Shown here piece after piece: positions 25,586-37,849 of a DNA stretch of 64,000 bases; within the stretch, counting starts at the first letter, position 1; each line of letters opens with the position of its first letter. The stretch comes from Camelus ferus. Lineage: Eukaryota. The DNA lies in contig NC_045697.1 in the NCBI RefSeq assembly GCF_009834535.1, positions 48,424,001 through 48,488,000 on the forward strand. Direction: 5' to 3'. A program made the position numbers and the translations under genes. The notes under the pieces were generated by a model that saw only the letters and a program-made list of their open reading frames with translations, was not told the DNA's origin and searched no databases.

Positions 25586-27477
25586 AGATACAAAATACAA
25601 ACATAAATACTTTTTTTTTTGTATTTTGTATTTTTGTATTTCCTCATGATACCCATAGATCATGCAATTTAAAGGAACATGATGCAAAGCATCAAAAATT
25701 TCAAAAGGAGATGTGAATGTCCAAAATAAGAAATAATCCAGGGGTTTAGCTGCACCACATTTCCAGAAGCAGATACTACTTTAGACGAGACTGCAGTTGC
25801 CAATTCTTAAATACGTGAGCATGAAGGCAACAGGCAGCAAGTTATCTGGCCAGGGGAGCTGGGGGTCCCTTTGAGGGATCACCTCTGGTACCAGATATGG
25901 TATTTGGTCAGATAATATTCTGCAGCTAACCAGATTTTTAACTCTCACATCATTCTAGGAATAACTGTTCAGCCAAAATTTGGACTTAGTTTAAAATATT
26001 TTAAAGATTATGTCTTTTCTAGATATATCTGTCATCTTCCCACTCACAATCCATTCTCAGAGAATCTGCCTTCTGTGCTTGGGTCATGCTTGTTTCAGGT
26101 CATTCCACTTCCCTGGCTAGAACTGATTGAACCGGGAGTAAACATCTGATTCAGGCTGAGTCCATTAGATGTTCTAATTTCAGAAGTTGAATCAAAATAC
26201 AGATTAAGGCTGTTCATATTGTGCAGAGGAGCTCTCAGCTTTGGGAGCATTGGAGCAAACATGACACCATAGCAAAATCAATGCCTCAGGTGAGAATTGT
26301 GGGGACTGAACCTCAAAAAACCTTGGAAAAATCAGAAATGGATGGGAGAGAGAAGAAGGAACAAATGCATACACCCAGAGAAGCAGAGATGAGTGATCAT
26401 CTGATCCCAGAAAGAGTAACTGTTGGATGACCTTTACCTCCTGTGAAATAGGACTCTGTATTCTGAAATTAGATTCCCTGATATCCTCTGACTCCCTTCA
26501 ATAAATATCCTTTCCATCTACTTTTCCACCCTGTTTCTATCCTCAACACAGTGCTGAGTTGAGGGACTTTCTGTTCCCATCAGCAGAGATCCCTAACAGA
26601 GACAATGGTGTACTTACCAGCCACAGTAGTTAAGGAAGGAAGCACACATCCGGTGGAATGAGCTAAAGACTGCAGGGCTTCCTGTGGGATGCAAGTAGAG
26701 TGCTGAAGCTCAGCCTGGGAGGCGACAAAGAAGCAGGAGGCTGAGAGTCAACAGGGCATGCAGCTAGGATGATAAGGACCCCAAACAGGAAGACTCCCTA
26801 CCCACAAAAAGTGGCAAAATCCACTGACACCAGCATCAGTCTGTACTACACAATGCACCACGTTGTGTTTAAAGTGCCTTTGAGAACTGATTGTACTCTG
26901 AGTCTTAAAGAATTTGAAAGATACTTAAAATTCACTCATTAAAATGCCTACTCTTGGAAAAAGAAGAAACAAAGACTCTACTGAAAAAGGTATAATTTCA
27001 TCGACTTACTGGCCAATTCAACATATAATGATGTTGCTCTGGCCAGGATACTTCATCCCAGGAAGTCATTCTCCCCAGGAACTTCTTGGAGGGTCCTACT
27101 TAGAAAAGAAGCTTGACCAGAAAAGCCAGTGAATGATAGTAAATAACAGTTTATAAAAACCCAGTTAACTCTGAAGAATTGAGTTGGTCAATCTAGCTAA
27201 ATACAAAAATGTTTCTGATGAGAGAAATAAACCTTGGAAAACTGAATAATAAAGACTGATTTCAAATGTAATCTTCAGATATGATGCTTTTTCCTCATCT
27301 CTTTCTCAACTAACCATGATTTTAAGTGAAGAGTCATAGTATTATTTATATTACTAATTCTATGAATGAATTATTATATCTATTGTAAATATAATTTTAG
27401 GTTTCTACTTCTTTGTTGACAGAAAGTGAATTTTTCTTTTAAAAAGTAAGATTTATATTTAACATGGGGCTTTCTTT

Positions 27478-27578
27478 CTTTTTTTTTTAATTATAAGCTA
27501 GCATTTATTAGCTCTTTTTTTTTTATGATAGTCATTCTAACAGGCATGAAATTATGTCTCATTCTGGTTTTGATTTGC
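27478..27578 (-). mobile_element. 101-bp polyadenylated insertion containing an internal L1 ORF2 fragment
   Basis: Perfect 17-bp TSD AACATGGGGCTTTCTTT (27461-27477 and 27579-27595); poly-T; L1-like 'gcaaatcaaaaccagaatgagacataatttcatgcctgttagaatgactatcat' on the minus strand. Confidence 0.8.
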
Positions 27579-30500
27579 AACATGGGGCTTTCTTTACCTA
27601 CTCACATTAGAAAGTAGGACCACCAGAGGCTCTCCCAGGCCTTCAGAGAGAGAGAGAACTTTGGAACTTAGAGTAGTCCTCTAGGAAGGGAGCAGAGGGA
27701 CAGAGGACGCCCCCTATTTTCTTTGGAGTGACCTAGAGTAGGTAGGGAATTCACTTGGAATAGCTACAAGTTAAAGTGACTAGATACTTTAGGCATTGAT
27801 TACATAATGTCACATTAAATGTTACCTGATTCAGTACCACAGAAGTTAATGAGAGTCTAAGAGCTAAGAAGCATAATGAAATAAAATGTAACACTGTGAG
27901 CTCGCTAAAAAATGGAAAGCAACATCATCCTATTTCAAAATTCATTGAAAGGACTGTAGCACCAGCAGAGACAGGATCCCTACTTCACTACTTCACGCCC
28001 CTCTTTACCTAGAACAACACAGACGTTGACCACAGGGGACCTAATCCAAAATCAATCAGCAACGGGGCAGTGATGATCTGGAAGCACAAACTGTGAGGCA
28101 GTGACCCTCAAGTATCTTGCCAAGGTCAGAAAACATCTGAAGAGAGCCAGCAGGGCATCTGTGCCAAAGCAGAGATCAGAGAGATGGGATTTTTTTGACT
28201 GTCAAAGATATCAAGCCAACTCTTCTAGGACCTGCCAAGGGAAAAGAGGATCTTGGAGTGCTGGGAGAATGGGGATGCCAGCATTTACACAGAGAGCACT
28301 CAGAGACAGAAATTCCTGTTATCATAACACTTACCCCTTGGGTTATACCCCTCTCAGGCTGCTGTGGAAGATGAGGATATGTACTGATTGCAGCATATTT
28401 GACTGAATTTTTTTAAGGTAAAATGGTTGACTCAATACAAAAAAGACCCTCTACTCAAAAAAAATTTTTTTGAAAATCTTTCCTATTGTTGGCTTTTACC
28501 TTAATTTAACTCCTAACATTAGTGATAATACTTTAGTATTATGATAAAAGTTCTTGGCATTGTTAGCATAGGAAATTACATTTTGTCTTGTTTCCTCTGT
28601 TTAATATATGTCAACCTTATAAAAGCCAGCGTATACTTTTTGACATTATCACTTTAATAAGTTCAGTTTGAATTCAGTGACTAATGAGAGCTTAGTGCAT
28701 AACTCCTTGGCTTTTGAAGAGTTTAAAAACTAAGCAGTAATATATTTTAAAGGCAAAGGCGAATAGCAAGATACTTATACATACAAGATATATGTATAAA
28801 TATAAAAGCGGTATTATTGGTAACACAAATAGCCTTGTTTTTTTTCATATGGACAAGATTTAGCTTCCATGACCTTAACTGTAACTTTCTATAGTAAGGA
28901 ATATATTGTAATATTTGTGGGGGTAGCTGTCAAAGGAAGTCTGCTCTATTCAACAATTCTCTGGGTGAAAAAAAAAACCAACTGACTTGGCATTTAAATC
29001 AACCTTTTAATATTTCTTACCTATTTATATGTATACTGTAAATTCCCGATGGTGGTCAGGAGGCCGAGTTTCAATGAACCGATAAAAATTGGTCAGTGAG
29101 CCTGTCTGAGAGGCTTGATGGAGATCTGATATTGTGGGAAGAAAGGAAGATCTTATAGAATACTGCAGTTTCTTTAGTGTAAAGCTTGATTTCCCTCACC
29201 ATATTTCTCCAGCATTATTTTTCCTCCCTATGCAACATTATGCTTAAGCATTCAGAAGACATTTTGGATTCAGGAATGGAAATAACCTTAAACTTTACTA
29301 TAGTGGATTTCGCGTATGAATTTTTTCACTTTAAAAAGCAAGTAGTTGCAATTATAAATAAGATTTCAGTCAAAATTAGCTGATTATTTTCTACATAGGT
29401 TGATCCAAAGAGTATTTTGTAAGGTTAGATCTTTGGGTCTTGGTTTCTGCTATCACACAGTTCAAATGAGTAACATACGAAGATCAGCTTTCTGAAACAT
29501 GCAAAGGAACACAACTAAAAGGAGATTATTCCTTTGGGAATGGATTTCTTAGAGAATTTATAAATATACTGTCACTGGCAATCTTTCAAGGTAAAATAGG
29601 AAAAAGATTTTTCCAAGATGGTTTAATTTTAATTTTATTAAAGGCAGAAAGATAAACTATTGAAATCTCTGCTATATCATTGACATAATATTTGTGTTGT
29701 TATGTTAAAAAATAAAAGAAAGTGATTTTGGAAAAACCCTTATTTATTCTTTCATACCGTTTAGGAAGCCCCCTTTTTTATAGTGCTAAAGATGGAAACC
29801 ACACTTGATTGAGCTTGTAGGATGATCAGTATAGCAACAGGAGATGGGGAGAGAAAGGAACACAGAAGAGCACTGATGCATTAAATGTTCCTTTTTTTAG
29901 GAAACTAGCTTCTCCTTTGAATGGTGTTGATGTCTTCTTTGTCATACAAAATCTGCTTATCTGCTAGAACTCACCAAACCACTTTGTGGTGTTATCCACC
30001 CCCTGGGTGTTTTGAAACTCACAAATTTTACCACGCTGTTCTTAAGAAGGAAAGCTGAAAATGGTGATATCCACAGTCCAAGACTCTCTAACCTTGTTTT
30101 ACGCTTTCCCAGCACGTCTCAGTCCCCATTTATTCTGCAAGTCCAGTTCTGCCTCCCTTTCCAGCTTGTTGCATCTTTTGCTCTACCTGTTTTCTAGAGT
30201 TTGCTCCCTGTTCTCTCCTGGTAGGGTGTATCCATAGATTTACATTCCAGATCACTTTCAGGTGGCCTCACAACACTCTCCAGCCCACCTCTTATCTGTG
30301 TCATGTCCTCAAAGGGGACCCAGAGTGGAATGGGTCAAAAGAATAGGCTGGGACCATTGCAATTTTAAATCCTGAAGTTAAGAGTTTCCTGTTCTATGTC
30401 AGCTACAAAGAGAAATAGTCCTGGCAGCTAGGTTGAAACAACTTTTCTTATGCACCATCTGCAAAGAAATGATGCTTGAACAGTATTTATACCTTTGGAA

Positions 30501-31029
30501 TCACTAAGTCCAGCTAGTCTACAAACTGGGTTCTTTAGTTCCCACCTACATATTTGTCTTCCTTCCTAATTTCACATTTCACTCTGGTAGGAGAAATAAT
30601 TAAAAGGAAGCCTTGAAAAAAGGCATCAAAGTGAAAGAAAAGTTCAGAGAAAAAGGTCCAAGTACGTGAGAATAAATAATAGAGAAAAATATTTTTAAAA
30701 TGAATGTCATCATTTTGAAATATGTGAAAGGCTAATTAATAAAAATATGTGTACTAAAAGGAAAAATATTGAAAGGAAAAAAATAATGTTAATAAAAACC
30801 ATACTTCTCATTTATCAAAACAAGACTGAAGGTTAAGCATGATAGACAAATAGTCCAAGACACACTTTCTAAAGGAATCACAACATTCTGCGGGAACACC
30901 ACAGCATTTATCACTTGCTCAAGGTCAAATCTCTCAGAGAGAGCCACCAGTTAATTTTCATAAGTCCAATAAGCTGCTTAGTATGACATTCAGGCCCCTT
31001 TGCAATCTGGACCCCAAAATGTCACTATT

Positions 31030-31482
31030 GTAGAGGGTAGTATAATTTCATGTGTTAATTTCATGTGTCATCTTGGCTGAGCCACAGCACCCAGATAGTT
31101 GGTCAACAATTATTTTGGATATTTCTGGGAAGGAGGGTTTTTGGGGGGGAGGGGGGATGAGATTTAACATTTAAATTGGTGGACTCTAAGTAAAGCAGAT
31201 TACCCTCTGTACTGTGGGTGGGCCTTATCCATTCAGTTGAAGGTCTTAATAGAACAAAGACTAAGCAAGAAGATATTCTGCCAGCAGACTGCATTTGGAC
31301 TTGAACTGCAATACTTCCATAGGTCTACAGTATGCCAGCCTCTGCAGAATTTGGACTTACCAAGCCTCTACAATCTTAAATCTCTCTCAACCTCTCTGCA
31401 TATAGATACAGAGATAGAGATGTAAATAGAGACCTAGATGTATCCTCTTCGCTCTGTATCTCTGGAGAACCTTGCCTAATAC
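31030..31482 (+). mobile_element. ERVL LTR (MLT2-like)
   Basis: 'ttaatttcatgtgtcatcttggctgagccacagcacccagatagttggtcaa...tctggagaaccttgcctaataca'. Confidence 0.85.
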
Positions 31483-31761
31483 AGGTGGTGATAAGATCAT
31501 GGATTCTATCATCAGAATTATTATGGATTTAGGACCTGGTTCTGCCATCTACTAATTGTATAATGTATACTGGGAAAGTTACTTCACCTCTCTAAACTCA
31601 GTTTCCTTATGTTAAAAATAGGAATAACAATAACCCCCTCAATTCTCTAGCCATATATCTCATATAATCTGGTATCTGTATTCCTCTGTTTCTGCTGCCC
31701 TCTTGCCTGTCATAAATTTGTTCCTGTCTACCTAGCTGAGCCTCACTTGTCCTTCCATACC

Positions 31762-32753
31762 TGTAGTAGTTTCAAAAATATGTTCATAAATTCTTTAATA
31801 CTCTATCCTACAAGTTTAAGTCCCCTTCCCTTTGGTATAGGCTGGATTTAGAGAGCAGCTTCTGTTACCGAAACAACAGGCCAGTCAAGAAACAAGCACC
31901 ACTCGGAGGGTTGGAGTACTCAGATGTATTACGCCGGCGGGCTCAGAGGGGCTTCTGCTCCGAAGCTCTGAGCACCTCCAAGACGTGCGCATGAGGTTTT
32001 ATAGGGTAAAGTACAAGCTTGGGGTATTTGGCCAATAGGCATGGAACAGCTTTAGCAGCATTATCATCACAAAAGTGGAGGCAGGGAGGCAGCAAACCAA
32101 CATTCCAAAGCCAGATATGTATCTTTGAAAATCCAGCTGGCTAGCAAAAAACATAAACAGCAAACCAACACTGATAAACTTAGATTTACAAGTTAGTCCA
32201 GCAGAACTCAGATCAGTATTCCAATACTTAGACTTGTGAGTTATCTTGTTAGCCCAGCCCAGCCTCTCCTTCACATTCCTAGACCTATGAGTTATCTTGT
32301 TAGACCAGCCCAGTTTTTCCTTCACACTTCTAATAAATAGAAAATGGCAGAAGTGACAGCAGAACATTTCCCAGATTAAGTGGTAGAATGACTGCGGCTT
32401 CCATCTAGGTCTCCCTCTTCCTCTCCCTCTCCCTCTAGCTCTCATCCCTTGCAATGGAGGAGCCAGTTGCCTGGTCATGAGCAGCTCTATGGAGAGGCCC
32501 AGTGGCAAAGAATTGAAGCCTCCTGCCTCTAGCCACCTGACTGAACTTGAAACAGATTCTCCATTCTCCAGGCCCTTCATGACTTCAGCTCCAGTCAACA
32601 ACTTCACTGTAACTTTATGACAGACCCTGAACCAGAACCACCCAGCTAAGGTACCCACAGTTCTCGAGCCTCAGAAACTGTGAGATACAATAAATACATG
32701 TTTTATGCAGATGCGTTTTGAAGTAATTTCATCAATAGCAAATAATTGATGCC
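31762..32753 (+). mobile_element. MaLR LTR (MLT1F-like) split by a younger LTR
   Basis: Starts 'tgtagtagtttcaaaaatatgttcataaattcttt', resumes 'taataaatagaaaatggcagaagtgac' after the insertion, ends near 'aaactgtgagatacaataaa'. Confidence 0.8.
31863..32326 (-). mobile_element. Young ERV solo LTR (464 bp)
   Basis: TG...CA termini, 4-bp TSD CTTC (31859-31862 and 32327-32330), CCAAT box, minus-strand TATAAAA, retained CpGs. Confidence 0.85.
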
Positions 32754-33700
32754 ACATTCAAGTCTATAAAAGCCTTCCCTGACCAACACACAGAATTTCT
32801 CCTGTCTATTTCTTCCCTCACGCAAGGCTGAGAACTGCTTGAGGATAGGCCATTTTTAACTGCATTAAGTGGAAAAAAAAAAAAAAAAAGTCAAACTAGC
32901 CTGGCACGTAAAGGACTCTTAGAATAGTTAAGCTAACAGTTAGTGTTTCCTATGTGTCATATGTTGTTCTAAGCCTTTTGTAAATATTATCCCATTTAAT
33001 CCTCATACAAACCTAGGAGATATATTATTATCCCCCATTTCACAGCTGATGAAACTGAGGTCACATTATAGAGAAGCTGGTTAACTTGCTCATGGTCTCA
33101 CAGCCAGTACATTGCTGCTGAATTAAGAAATGAATGAATGAAAAAGTTTCTTATAGAGAGGACCATGTATGACTCATCTTAGAATCTCGTCTAGTGTCTC
33201 GCGCAGTATGCAATTGGACTCAAATATTTACTAAATCATCATCTGGTAATAAAAGCAGCTTATGTTTGTGAGAAAGAAGTCTTGGAAACCCTGATCATGG
33301 ATAATTCGAATTGATTCCCCAAACATAATTCTTTTCCTTCAGTGAGAAGAAATAAGGATTACAGTAAACATATGTTGTGATGAGACTAAGAATACATTTT
33401 GGAAGATGTTTTCCCCACACCTTCTGCATAAATGCTTGACAAGAAATAAACTGTATTGGTAGTTTGATTATGTAAAATGCATAAAAAAATTTTTCCCTAA
33501 ATTTTCTAAATTTGATAGTTCAGAACTCAAAACAGTTTGTGAGAGTAAAATGGTGTTATTTTAATGGTGTATTTTTCTCCCAACTGGCTGGAGGGAGAGG
33601 TTGGGAATGAAAGGATGCTTCTACTGAAGTCTTTTTGATTTACAAATTTCAAATAGTGGCTGTTACTTGATTTCTGGGGCTTCTCTTAATAAAGCATGCA

Positions 33701-33834
33701 ACGGGTGGGTAGTGGGGAGAGGGTAGCTCAAGTGGTAGAGTGAATGCGTAGCATGTGTGAAGTCCTGGGTTCAATCCCCAGTACCTCCACCAAATGAATA
33801 AATTACTTCCCCACTGCAAGAAAAAAAAAAAAAA
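33701..33834 (+). mobile_element. tRNA-Ala-derived SINE (Vic-1-like)
   Basis: A/B boxes 'tagctcaagtgg' and 'ggttcaatcc', poly(A) tail, TSD AAAGCATGCA (33691-33700 and 33835-33844). Confidence 0.9.
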
Positions 33835-34014
33835 AAAGCATGCAGCCAATGATCCCACCCAGTGAAGTCCTTCTAAATAAGTACCAAAGTATGAGAAACC
33901 TAAAGCCAGTTTACATTTGGAGTTAGTCAAAGCCTGGAAAACTTGTGGCCTTCTATTTTAGAATTTTTGACTTGTTTTATCTGAGCACTTTCTTCCTACT
34001 TAATAGTAAGTAGG

Positions 34015-34178
34015 GGGTATAAAACAGATAAACAACAAGGACCCACTGTATAGCACAGAGAACTATATTCAATATCTTGTAATGACCTATAATGGAAAAG
34101 AATATATATATATAAACTGAAACACTGTTGTACACCTGAAACTAACACAACATTGTAAATCAATTATACTCTAAAAAA
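34015..34178 (+). mobile_element. Short L1 3'-end fragment (artiodactyl-type)
   Basis: 'aaacagataaacaacaaggacccactgtatagcacagagaactatattcaatatcttgta'; near-perfect flanking repeat aatagtaag(t/c)agg. Confidence 0.8.
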
Positions 34179-35289
34179 ATAGTAAGCAGGAGATCTTTAT
34201 GTTATTTGGTGAATGTGGACTCCTTTTCTCTTCCTGTCTATTTGATGGGTTTACTCCCCTTACATCCTGTCTCTGTAGAGATTAAAGAAAATCAGTATTT
34301 TGGAAGCTGTAAAAAAGATTCTTAAATGCAGATAAATGCTAAAGATAAGTGATTATAATGACAGTAAATCACTTCCTTTGTCCCTGTAGGTCTTAGTATT
34401 TCTTCAAGATAGTACCTTCATAAATTGTCTGCTGGGAACATTACCCTAAAAATTTCATTTAAGACAAAGGAGACTAGAAATTTCTGTCACTAAAGATTAA
34501 GTAGCCTTGTCTTCTATACTCATAAAAATGTAAGCAGTCAGGGTCTAATTATTTTTCTTAAAAGATTACAGCAAAGCCTCTTGTTTGTCAACTTGATTCT
34601 GCTCAGCTGTCCTAGACTTCTGAAGAGGTTTCACCTGACACTATATTGCATTTCAGAACAGAGCTTTTATTATGAGAGCACACTGTTTCTTCTTCCTTAC
34701 TCTACCACTCTGCATTTGAAGCAAGGCATGTTTCTATTTTAAGATTCAGTATTCCAGTCATGAAATAAAACAAGTGTAAGAAAATTTGAATCACCCCTTT
34801 TCAAGCAAAAATTAACTCTCTAGAAACATAAATATAAACTGCTCTCTAAAAATTCTTTTTGAATATTTGTTCTAAGATTAAAGGCAGGCCAAAAATAACC
34901 ATAGGGTGAGTATTTTTTGTTTGAAGACGTCAATGCAAGCCAGAAATACCCACAGGGTAAGGTAGTAAAGGGTAGGCGCTGGAGTCAGACAAGTTGTGTG
35001 AACAGTCTTGAAGAGATTTATTTTACTTCTTTATCTTCTGAAAAATGGGGATGACAAAATACCTACGGTAGAGGAGTGCTGTAGGAATACACACAAGGGA
35101 ATGTAATACAAGTGTTTAGTGCAATGCCTGGTACACAGTGATTAATCAACGTATTTTAGTTACTATTGCTGTCAAATACCATGTAGAAAGGTAGTTTATT
35201 TTTACTGTTTTGAACAAATTCTTCCTAAAAAATATTTTAAAAAATGAAAAAGCAGAATTCCTTACTAATACAAGGATTTCTTTTAGGGT

Positions 35290-35423
35290 TTTATTTTATT
35301 TTTATTGAAGTATAGTCAATTACAATGTATCAATTTCTGGTGTACAACAATGTTTCAGTCATACATATACATATATATTCGTTTTCATATGCTTTTTCAT
35401 TATAGGTTACTATAAGATATTGC
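35290..35423 (-). mobile_element. Short L1 3'-end fragment
   Basis: 'ttgaagtatagtcaattacaatg...ttttcattataggttactataagatattg', similar to 4212-4330. Confidence 0.75.
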
Positions 35424-35927
35424 AATTCAAGGATATTAATGTCTTCTTTATATGCCTTATTTATTTTCTCAGGGAAGTTCAAAGACTTTCCATTTGTTAC
35501 AACTACAATTCATTTTAAAAAACAATTTTACAATTATCAAGAAAAGAGAGATGATAAAAGTAAGGTCTTGTGAATGAATAGTGAAGAAAAAGAATATCCA
35601 TATTTTTTGTTAGGACAAAATTTTCAGTTATCCTAACAAATTACTTGTCACCTACTAATTAGTTGTTATTATATTTATAGAATTCTAGATTAAATTGTCA
35701 CAGACAGTAAGACAGTTTTAATAAAACTAAGCTTCAAAAAGGGTAAGTATATAATGACGTGAGAGCTCTTAAATACTCCTTGTTACATTTTAATTGGTTC
35801 AATTCTTCTTCCAAGCAATTTGCCAAATTGGTTTCCATTAAAAGCCATGAAAATGTAAACACTGTCAGAATAACCCAGAAAAGGTTATACATGAATATGC
35901 TAATTATATTCTTTTTGGTTTGTTCCT

Positions 35928-35958
<31 letters not shown>

Positions 35959-35959
35959 T

Positions 35960-36490
35960 TTTTTGGTAACAGCTTTATTGATATATAATTTACATCTAGA
36001 CAATTCACGTATTTAATGTGTACAATTCAATAGTTTTAGTATATTCAGTTGCAACTATCACCATAATCAACGGTAAAATATTCTCATCAAAAAGAAACCC
36101 CCAAACTTTTCTCTATGGTCCCTCAATCCCACCTCCATTTTCAGTCTTAAGCAACCATGAATCTACTTTCTGCCTATAGATTTCCCTATTCTGGACATTT
36201 CATATAAATGGAATCATTATGTTATGTGACAGAAGCCAGCCACAAAAGACTGCACATTGTTTTCAAGGGTCAACCATATTATACCATATATCAGTACCTC
36301 CTTATTATGGCCAAGTAACATTCCACTGCATACATAAACCACATGTGACTTACGCATTCATCGGTTGGTGGACATCCGTGTTGTTTCACCTGTGGCCATT
36401 AAGAATAATGCTGTTGTGAACATTCATGTCCAAGTTTTTGTGTGGATATGTTTACATTTCTCTTGACTACATATCTGGGAATGGAATTGG
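35960..36490 (-). mobile_element. L1MB-like 3' fragment
   Basis: 'aacagctttattgatatataatttaca...ggacatttcatataaatggaatcat...ataatgctgttgtgaacattcatg'. Confidence 0.75.
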
Positions 36491-37849
36491 TATTAGTCTT
36501 ACAGTACTGAAGATCAGAAGCAATTTCATGGTCCAACAATGGAATTATGCAAAAAAAAAAAAAGTTGCCTATGTAGAAGGAAGACCACGTAGCAGTGTAG
36601 ACTACTCAGGAAAAAGGCTACATGAAGTGAAAAAAGCAAAATACAACCCACTTAAAATCCTTCCTGGGCTTCCGTTCCCTATTCTGTCCCCTGCCCCTGG
36701 CCTCAGCTCTCTCCCTCTCAATTCTCTGAGGACCAGCCTTACTACATTTCAGAGAGTTTTAGAATGAATGTCTCAGCTCCAGAGCCTTTGAACATTGTTT
36801 CCTCTGCCTGTATCACTTTGTCTCCACTTCTTTGCCCAGTGGTTTCAAGTCTCATCTTAAATGTTTCTTCCTCACAGAAATCTTCTCTGATATCCCTAAC
36901 TAGGCTAGGATTAAGTGTTTCCATGGCAGCCTGCAATTTTCCACCTTAATACTTATGATACTGGTAACTGTTTATTCAGTCAGTAATCAAATATTGACAG
37001 CCCTTTACTTGCAGGGATACAGGGTGAAATAAAAAACATGCAAGATCCCTATCACTCTAGACCGTATATTCTAGAGAGAGAATGCAGTGTACAAGTAACA
37101 AATCAACAGTCCTGGGTGATTTTAAGGTAGTGCTAATTAGCGCAACGGTTAGCTTCTGTGTTTGGATTGTAAACTCCATGAAGGTGGAAGCTATTTGTCT
37201 CAGTTACTTACAGTTTGCTAGAGCTCAGCAGCTAGTCTAGCTCGTTGAATAAGCTCAACACAAATTTAAGTGATTGTTAAAATAGGCATAAAAAGACAAA
37301 TGGAAAACACAAATGTGACTATTTCTGTAAACGGTTGAGTTTGGGGATTTTTTTTTCTCTTTCAAAAGTTTTCCGTAATTCTACATATTCTTTTTACAAC
37401 TAAAACAATTATATGAGCAAAAATTTACCATGGTTCAGTAAAGGAAACCCAAATACAACACATTTATATGTCACCACACACTCCTTAAAGACCTGGTATC
37501 TCTGAAATACTCAGATGTGTTGCTTAAGTGGACAGAATTCCCTTGGCGCATTACCAAGCTGATTCCCGGCCACCAGAAGTACAATTCACGGTTTAAAAAG
37601 AGAAGGTGCTCAAGAATGTGATCCCCAAAATCTTCCGACTTCTAACGCGCTTTAGAATCTCCCTCCACCCACGACCTGGCAGCGAAAAATCCGCAATTCT
37701 ATTTACACGTCAATGGTAAGAAGAGAACACAGAACTTTCTGCGAGATCAACAAAGAATGCAAGATCTTTACACAACAGATGGCCGGCCCTTTCCCAAAAG
37801 ACGCTTTTGCATGCCCCAGAGACAAACACAGCCTGCATAAAATCAGGTA

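Noticed and set aside
31999..32658. 219-aa minus-strand ORF with an internal repeat
   Set aside because: It spans the junction of two LTRs, and the peptide repeat only mirrors the LTR tandem duplication
33713..33790. tRNA-Ala-like sequences (also at 15780, 25410 and 55462)
   Set aside because: Diverged stems, A-rich tails and a TSD show they are SINE heads, not tRNA genes
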